DNA of 64,000 nucleotides from an uncultured Chloroflexia bacterium (lineage in GTDB: Bacteria > Chloroflexota > Limnocylindria > QHBO01): NCBI GenBank assembly GCA_963814375.1, contig CAWFCQ010000004.1, positions 224,001 to 288,000 of the forward strand. The letters run 5' to 3'. Within the stretch, counting starts at the first letter, position 1. Every line of letters begins with the position of its first letter. A model generated the notes under the pieces. That model searched no databases, was not told the origin of the DNA, and worked only from the letters and a program-made list of their open reading frames with translations. A program made the position numbers and the translations under genes. This document shows, piece by piece, positions 57,044 through 64,000 of this stretch.

Positions 57044-59444
57044 CCGGGCGGCGGGAGCCGCGGCCGATGCCGGAACGCTGCGCGCGCTCGAGTTCCCGGC
57101 GATCGTCGAGCAGCTCGCCGCCCACACCGGCTTCGAGCCCTCGCGCGAGCTGGCGCTCGCGTCGGTTCCGTCGGGCGACGCAATTCACGTCGGGCTTCTC
57201 CAGGATCAGACCGATGAGGCCGCCCGCCTTCTCGCCGATCAGGCCCAGGCCAGCATCGGCGGCGCGCGCGACATCCGTGAGGCACTCGAGCGAGCCCGGC
57301 GGGGAGGGCGGCTGACGCCCGCCGAGCTGCTCGAGATCGGCGACACCCTCGTCGCCGGCCGGCGGTTCGCCGATCGGCTCCAGGCCTGGCGCGGTGACCA
57401 CCTCCGAGCAGTGCGTGACGCGATCGACCCGGCGCCCGAGCTTGCGGAGCGGATCTCGCGCAGCATCGACGAGGCGGGGGAGCTGCTCGACACGGCTTCG
57501 GCCGAGCTGGCCAGCATCCGGAAGCGGCTCCGGACCGCCCAGGACCGGGTCCGCGAACGCCTGAACGCCATGCTGCGCTCGTCGCAGCTCGCCGGCGTCA
57601 TCGGCGAGCCGATCGTGACCGTCCGTGCGGGCCGCTACGTCATCCCGATCCGGGCCGAGGCGAAGGGCCGGCTCAAGGGAATCGTCCACGACCAGAGCGC
57701 GTCGGGCGCGACCCTCTTCGTCGAGCCGCTGACCGTTGTCGAGCTCAACAACGCCTGGACCGAGGCGACCCTCGCCGAGGCGCGCGAGCGTGATCGGATC
57801 CTGGACGAGCTGTCGCGCGAGGTCGAGGCTCGGGTCGAGTCACTCCGCGACGGCGTTGACGCGCTGGCCAGGGCTGACCTGTGGATGGCGCGTGCGCGGC
57901 TCGGCATCGAGATGGACGGTGTTCGGCCAGAGGTGTCGGCCGACGCGGCCGAGCTCCTCTCGGCGCGCCACCCGCTGCTCGGTGACGCCGCCGTGGCGAT
58001 CGACCTGCGCATCGGCGATCGATTCGGCTACCGAGCCCTGGTGGTCACGGGGCCGAACACCGGTGGGAAGACGGTCTCCCTCAAGACGCTCGGGCTGCTG
58101 GCGCTCATGCACCAGGCGGGGTTGCGCGTACCGGCCGCGGACGGAGCGCGCCTGCCGGTCTTCCGCGCGGTCATGGCCGACATCGGCGACGAGCAGAGCA
58201 TCGCCCAGTCGCTCTCCACGTTCTCGAGCCACCTGCGCAACGTGGTCCGCTTCGTCGAGGCGGCGGGGCCGGAGACGCTCGTTCTGCTCGACGAGGTCGG
58301 GGCCGGGACCGATCCTGCCGAAGGATCCGCCCTCGCCATGGCGATCGTCGCGCAGCTGCTCGAGGCGGGCGCCACGGTGGCGGCGACCACGCACTACGCC
58401 GAGCTCAAGGCGTTTGCGACCGAGCATCCCGGGGTCACGAACGCCGCCGTCGAGTTCGACGTCGCCACGCTTCGGCCGACCTACCACCTGACCATCGGCC
58501 TGCCGGGCAAGAGCCAGGCATTCGCCATCGCCGAGCGGCTCGGCCTGCCGCCGCCGATCCTCGCCGATGCGCGCGCCAGGATCTCGGCGGATCACGCCAG
58601 CATGGAGGAGACGCTCGCGGCCATCGCGCGGGCGCAGGACGCCCAATCGGCGGCGCTTGCGGAGGCCGAGGCGCAGCTGGCGGCCGCGCAGGCCGAGCGT
58701 GAGCGCGCCGAGACCGGCGTGGCGATCGCCCGAAAGGAGGCCGGCGAGATGCTGGCCGATGCACGCCGCGGCGCCGACGACCTCGTGGCCCGTGCCGAGC
58801 GAGAGGTCGCGGAGATCCGTCGCGAGCTGACACGCCAGCGGAACCTCGGCCGAGGCAAAGGGTCACCGCAGGCAACGGCCTTCGACGAGATGACGCGGCG
58901 GGCGGCCCGGACCCGGAGCGAAGTGACCGCTCCGCCACAGGCAGCGGAGGTGGCGGAAGCGGCCGAGGACTCGCCGGCGGACGGGCCGCAGCCGCGGGTC
59001 GGGCTCTTCGGGCGGTCACGCACGCTGGGGAGCATCGGCCGCATCGTCGACATCAGCGGGCGGACCGGCCGGGTCACGCTCGAGACCGAGGGCGCGCGCC
59101 TGGTGGTGCCGGCCGACGACGTCGAGGTCGTGCCGGAGCCGATCAGCGGGCCGACGCCCCGCGACCGCGAGGCGGAGGAGATGCGGCGTCGCGCAGCCGA
59201 GCGCGTCTCGACCTCGATCGACCTGCACGGCGAGCGTGTCGAGGCAGCCCTGGAGCGGTTGGCCGCCTACCTCGACGACGCGTTGCTCGCGGGCCTCGAC
59301 AGCGTCGTCATCGTTCACGGCATCGGCACGGGCGCGTTGCGCCGGGCGGTCAGGGACGCGCTGCGGGAGCATCCCCGCGTCCGAGGCTTCCGCGGCGGCC
59401 GCAAGGACGAGGGCGGAGAGGGCGCCACTGTCGCCGAGCTCTAG
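57018..59444 (+). CDS. mutS2: Endonuclease MutS2
   Basis: TGPNTGGKT, SLSTFSSH, DE.GAGTDP and C-terminal Smr domain (DLHG..HGIGTG). Confidence 0.95.
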   Translation: MTPTSRAADRAAGAAADAGTLRALEFPAIVEQLAAHTGFEPSRELALASVPSGDAIHVGLLQDQTDEAARLLADQAQASIGGARDIREALERARRGGRLTPAELLEIGDTLVAGRRFADRLQAWRGDHLRAVRDAIDPAPELAERISRSIDEAGELLDTASAELASIRKRLRTAQDRVRERLNAMLRSSQLAGVIGEPIVTVRAGRYVIPIRAEAKGRLKGIVHDQSASGATLFVEPLTVVELNNAWTEATLAEARERDRILDELSREVEARVESLRDGVDALARADLWMARARLGIEMDGVRPEVSADAAELLSARHPLLGDAAVAIDLRIGDRFGYRALVVTGPNTGGKTVSLKTLGLLALMHQAGLRVPAADGARLPVFRAVMADIGDEQSIAQSLSTFSSHLRNVVRFVEAAGPETLVLLDEVGAGTDPAEGSALAMAIVAQLLEAGATVAATTHYAELKAFATEHPGVTNAAVEFDVATLRPTYHLTIGLPGKSQAFAIAERLGLPPPILADARARISADHASMEETLAAIARAQDAQSAALAEAEAQLAAAQAERERAETGVAIARKEAGEMLADARRGADDLVARAEREVAEIRRELTRQRNLGRGKGSPQATAFDEMTRRAARTRSEVTAPPQAAEVAEAAEDSPADGPQPRVGLFGRSRTLGSIGRIVDISGRTGRVTLETEGARLVVPADDVEVVPEPISGPTPRDREAEEMRRRAAERVSTSIDLHGERVEAALERLAAYLDDALLAGLDSVVIVHGIGTGALRRAVRDALREHPRVRGFRGGRKDEGGEGATVAEL

Positions 59445-62183
59445 GGCGGTTCGGCGCTCGGTGACGGGCTGATCGACGGGGTCGGCAGGACCGGCGTCTC
59501 GGCCGGAGTCGGCGACGGAGTGGGCGTCGGCGACGGCGTGGGCGTCGGCGATGGGGTGGGCGTCGGCGACGGCGTCGGCGTCGATGTCGGGACCTCGCCC
59601 GGCGTGCACTCCTCGGTGGGCGCGAACGGCGCATCAACCGGGCCGGGGAACGGCACGCGGATCGTGCCATTCAGCTCGTCCTCGCGGCCGGCCCACTCCT
59701 CGAGCCAGGCGCGGTTCGAGGCGGCCCAGGCCGGGTGGTCCGACTCCCAGTCGTTGAGGTCGAGGAACAGACGCATGTCCGCCACCGGCGGCGGCGGCTC
59801 GGCCGATGGATCGGGAGAGCCCGACGGCGCGGCGGGCTCGAAGTCGCCGCATCCCTCCTGCCAGATCTTGCCCGTCTCGGCCTCGATGGCGAGCTCGCGA
59901 TGCGTCGTGTCCTGCTGGTTCGGCGCACGGTCCGACCGGACGATCTCGGTGACGGTGGTCTCGGTCAGCTCACCGGGGAGCATGCCGCTCATGGCGTCGA
60001 TGGTCACCTCGACCACCCCGTCGGGCTGCCGGAAGTCGAAGACGGGCAGCTCGTTGAGCGCGGTGACCTCGGCCATGTAGTCGTGCCAGATGAACGTCGG
60101 GCCATCGGCCGCGAAGACGTCCTGGATGGGGCTGAAGTCGCTGTTGCCGACCCACACCCCGGTCACGATCGCGCCGGTCGGGTCGTCCGGGTCGTCGGGG
60201 TTGCCGGCCAGGAAGCCGAACGCCTGGAGGTCGCGGAAGTCGTTCGTCGTCCCGGTCTTCAGCGTTGCCGGCCGCCGTCCAGTCTCGGTCTGGAGCTGGA
60301 AGCGCGGACCCCACAGCGGGTTGGTGGCCGGATCGGTGTTGTCGGCCAGGATGTCGGTCACCAGGTAGGCCGATGCCTCCGAGAGCACCTGCTCCGCGTC
60401 ATCGGCGTCGGTGGCGTGGTCGTAGATGACGTTGCCGTCGGCATCCTCGATGCGCTCGATGAGGTACGGCTCCTGGAGCTCCCCGCCATTGGCCATCGCG
60501 CCGTAGGCGCCGGCAAGGTCAAGCTGGTGGATGCCGAGCGTTCCCAGCGTCAGCGACGGGACGGCATGCTCGTCGTTATGAAGCGGGTCGAACTCCAGAC
60601 CCAGCCGCTCGGCCATCGCCACGACGTTCTCGGAGCCGATGAGCTGCTGGGCCTTGCTGACCGGGACGTTGAGCGAGTACTTCAAGGCGTCGCGCACCCT
60701 GACCGGGCCGCGCTGCTTGTTGTCGGCGTTCGGCGGGTCGAAGCCCTCGGCGATGTCGGTGCGCACGTCCATGAACATCGTCGCCGGACTGATGACGCCG
60801 GACTCGAAGCCGGTGACGTAGGTGATCGGCTTGAAGGCGGATCCCGACTGGCGATACGCCTGGCCGATGACGTCGAAGTTCGGCTGGTGCTCCGGAGTCG
60901 TCTCGCCGTAGAAGTTGGCGCTGCCGACGTACGCCAGCACGGCGCCGGTGCGGTAGTTCACGGTCACGATCGCGTCGTTGTTGATGTTCCGGCCCTGGAG
61001 CTGGCGGATCCACGAGATGGCCTGGTCGCCGTACGTCGCGATCAGCTCCTCCTCGCTCAGCCGGTCGAGGTCGTAGGCGATCCGCGCCCACTTTTCGGCG
61101 CTGACCTGGTAGCCCTCGTAGTCGAGGGTGGTGATGATCCGCAGGCCGCCGGTGTCGAGCGCGCTCTCCCCGTCGAGCAGCTCGCTCGCCTCGCGACGCA
61201 CGGCGTAGACGAAGTGCGGCGCGAGATAGCTGAGGTCGCGCGGCGGCGCCAGGACGACCTGCTCGCGAAGCGCTTCGGCGTGCTCGGCCTCGGTGATGAA
61301 CCCCGATTCGAGCATCTGGTCGAGCACGATGTCGCGTACCACGATCGCCTGGGAGGTCTCGGGCACGACGTAGACGGTCTGGCCATCGATCTCGCGTCTG
61401 GACCGCCTCCGGCGTCGGGTCGAGCCGCGAGGGCGCACGGACGAGCCCGGCCATCATCGCGGCCTCGCTGACGGTCAGCTGGTCCTCGGGCGCATCGGAG
61501 GTGAGGTCCTTGCCGAAGTAGGCGTTGGCCGCCGCCCACACGCCGTAGGCATTGTTGCCGTAGTAGACCTGGTTCAGGTACATCTCGGCGATGCGTTCCT
61601 TGCCCTCGGTCCCCGGATAGCGGTCGTCGAGGCGCAGGGCGAGGATCGCCTCCTTCATCTTGCGCTCGACCTGGCGGCTCGGATCGGCCAGAAGGTCGGC
61701 GTCGAAGAGGCGCATCCGGACGAGCTGCTGGCAGATCGTCGACGCGCCCGACACCGTCTCACCGGCCTGGAAGTTCTGGAGCACGGCGCGGACGATGCTG
61801 CGGAAGTCGACGCACGGGTTCGACCAGAAGGTCTGGTCCTCGGCGGCGATCTGCGCGTCGACCATGACCTCCGGGATCTCCTCGAAGTCCATCTCGCGCC
61901 GGTCCTCGATCGCGAAGGTGGCGAGCTCGGTGCCGTCCGCGGAGAGGACGGTCGACGCCTCGATCAGGTCGAACTCCTCGATCTGGGCCACGTCCGGCAG
62001 GTCGCTGGTGAAGGCGGAGTACGCGCTGAGGATGGCGCCGAAGAGGCCGATGGCGACCAGCCCGAAGACGGCGAGGATGATGCGCGGGAGCGCGGTCGAG
62101 CCTGGGCGGCGGCGCGGATCGGTGCCCCTGGCTCCACGGCGCGGTGCAGGACTCCGGCCCGGCGTTGGCGATCGTCGGGTCAT
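59441..62183 (-). CDS. Class A penicillin-binding protein (apparent +1 frameshift near 61397)
   Basis: Glycosyltransferase motifs AEDQTF, GASTI.QQ, RK.KE, YLN; transpeptidase SAFK, SLN, KTGT; PT-repeat tail. Confidence 0.9.
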
Positions 62184-62330
62184 TCGGCCGGCAGGGTAGC
62201 ACGGACCGGCTCCAGACCGGTCCGCGCGGCTCGATGGTCGTCTGTGGCATCACGGCTCACGACGACGCCCTAGAGCCTCATGTTGCACGCGACGCAACCA
62301 GCCTGTTCAGGCGTCCGCGCCGCTCTGTGG

Positions 62331-62474
62331 GCCGTCCAGATTCACACCAGCTGACCGTTACGCGCGCTCATCTGCCTCGAACCGTCCAGATTCACACCAG
62401 GTGACCGCGACGGGCGGTTCCGACGGTTCGCAAGCCGTTCGGCGGCCTAACGCTCACTCGTGTGAATGTGGACG
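62331..62474. repeat. Dispersed ~140-bp structured element, copy C
   Basis: CCGTCCAGATTCACACCAG twice 50 bp apart, CGACGGTTCG at 62421, inverted copy ending GTGAATGTGGACG. Confidence 0.85.
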
Positions 62475-62556
62475 TTGCGCTGACTCACGCCGCTTGGCAA
62501 GCCATGGTCGTGGCCCCGCTGGAGTGGCGAAGGCGGCGCTCCGTATACTCGGACCG

Positions 62557-63849
62557 ATGGACAGCGCAGAGACCCGCACCGCGGTCCTCGACGATCTGGC
62601 CTGGCGGCGGATGATCGCCGACCACACCGATCTCGACGCGCTGCGGGCCGCGATGGCGGCAGGTCCGGTCTCCTTCTACGGCGGGTTCGACCCGACCGCG
62701 CCGAGCCTCCACTTCGGCAACCTCGTCCTGCTCGTCACGATGCGCCGCCTCCAGCTGGCGGGTCATCGGCCGATCGGGCTCGTGGGCGGGGCGACCGGGC
62801 TCGTGGGCGACCCGAGCGGGAGGACGAGCGAGCGCACGCTCCACGAGCGTGACGTGATCGGGGGCTGGGTCGAGCGCATCCGTTCGCAGGTCGAGCGGTA
62901 CCTGGAGTTCGAGGGCGAGAACGCGGCGATCATCGCCAACAACCTCGAATGGACCGCCGAGATGAGCGCCATCGACTGGCTGCGTGACGTCGGCAAGCAC
63001 TTCAGCGTCAACCGGATGCTCGCCAAGGAAGCGGTCGCCGCCCGGCTCGATGCCGGTGGCATCAGCTACACCGAGTTCAGCTACCAGGTGATGCAGGCAC
63101 TGGACTTCCTCGAGCTCTACCGCCGCCATGGCTGCACGCTTCAGCTCGGAGGCAGCGACCAGTGGGGCAACCTGACCGCCGGGGTCGACCTGATCCGGCG
63201 CGTCGAGGGTGCCCAGGCCCACGCCCTGGCGACGCCGCTCATCACCCGTCCGGACGGCGAGAAGTTCGGCAAGAGCACCGGATCGACGCTTTGGCTCGAC
63301 CCCGCCCTGACCTCGCCGTTCGCGTTCTACCAGTGGTTCGTCAACACCGACGACAGCGTTGCGGGGACCTACCTGCGGGTCTTCAGCTTCCGTTCGAGCG
63401 AGGAGATCGAGGCGCTCGAGCGGTCGGTGGCGGAGCGTCCGGACTCACGCGAGGCTCAGCGGGCCCTGGCGCTCGAAGTGACCGAGCTCGTGCACGGAGC
63501 CGATGCGGCGGCGCGCGCCGCCGCTGCCGCCGAGGCGCTGTTCGGCCGCGGCGACCTCGCAGAGCTCGATGCCGCGACCCTCGAGACGGCCTTCGCCGAC
63601 CTGCCGCGCGCGGACATCGCCGCCGCAAACGGCATCCCGTCGGTCGTCGATCTGCTGGTCGCGACCGGCCTGTCGGAGAGCCGCGGGCAGGCGCGCCGGG
63701 TCCTGGGCGAGGGTGGCGCCTACGTCAACAACGCCCGCGTCACCGATCCTGCGACGGTGCCCGGTCGCGATGAGCTGCTCGCCGGCCGCTGGCTCCTGCT
63801 GCGGCGCGGCAAGCGCAACCTCGCGGTGGCCGAGGTCACCGAGGCATGA
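62557..63849 (+). CDS. tyrS: Tyrosine--tRNA ligase
   Basis: GFDPTAPSLHFGN, QLGGSDQWGN, KFGKS and S4-like C-terminus. Confidence 0.97.
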   Translation: MDSAETRTAVLDDLAWRRMIADHTDLDALRAAMAAGPVSFYGGFDPTAPSLHFGNLVLLVTMRRLQLAGHRPIGLVGGATGLVGDPSGRTSERTLHERDVIGGWVERIRSQVERYLEFEGENAAIIANNLEWTAEMSAIDWLRDVGKHFSVNRMLAKEAVAARLDAGGISYTEFSYQVMQALDFLELYRRHGCTLQLGGSDQWGNLTAGVDLIRRVEGAQAHALATPLITRPDGEKFGKSTGSTLWLDPALTSPFAFYQWFVNTDDSVAGTYLRVFSFRSSEEIEALERSVAERPDSREAQRALALEVTELVHGADAAARAAAAAEALFGRGDLAELDAATLETAFADLPRADIAAANGIPSVVDLLVATGLSESRGQARRVLGEGGAYVNNARVTDPATVPGRDELLAGRWLLLRRGKRNLAVAEVTEA

Positions 63850-64000
63850 AGCTCGCCTTCTTCACGGGCGCCGTGGCATCGGGCTTCGCCGCCGCCGGAC
63901 TGACGGCACTGATCGTCTGGATCGTCACCGTGGTCACCGGCTCAACCGACCCATGGTCGATCGCGCCGGCGCTCGTCGCCGGCGTGGCGGCCATCATCGG
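63846..64000 (+). CDS. Membrane protein, N-terminal part (truncated)
   Basis: ATGA overlap with tyrS; hydrophobic open frame to the window end. Confidence 0.55.
   Translation, partial: MKLAFFTGAVASGFAAAGLTALIVWIVTVVTGSTDPWSIAPALVAGVAAII

Noticed and set aside
59505-59595. Short-period tandem repeat as a separate element
   Set aside because: It encodes the ordinary Pro-Thr/Ser linker at the PBP C-terminus.
377-61471. Long antisense or alternate-frame ORFs (e.g. 377-1963, 23697-25760, 33183-35084, 53306-54745, 59735-61471)
   Set aside because: These are shadow ORFs typical of high-GC DNA. They overlap well-supported genes and have Arg/Pro-rich or motif-free translations.

Overview
This is a high-GC bacterial chromosomal segment. 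Gene content and style suggest Chloroflexota, possibly a Limnocylindria-like lineage (inference only). The core part contains thrS-infC-rpmI-rplT-pheST-cvpA-mpg-mutS2, a class A PBP, tyrS, paaABCD, ligD, nfuA, pdxH, msrB and tRNA-Val(GAC). An accessory stretch of small genes follows the tRNA. The strongest candidate for a new system lies at 26.7-28.5 kb. There a 41-aa secreted pre-peptide (predicted mature form ATGGGDFPLRR) is transcribed divergently from an XRE-HTH/TPR regulator, followed by an unannotated ~70-nt two-hairpin sRNA with its own promoter. This looks like an RRNPP-type peptide signalling cassette outside Firmicutes. Other signals: (1) about 12 correctly oriented sigma54-type (-24/-12) motifs before small stress-like genes, several apparently leaderless; (2) a ~140-bp structured element present three times with conserved spacing; (3) a membrane protein with nine GQADPANMGGT repeats; (4) pervasive leaderless -10 promoters. 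About 11 single-base frameshifts, nearly all +1, look like sequencing or assembly errors. All calls come from reading the sequence by eye; no database searches were run.
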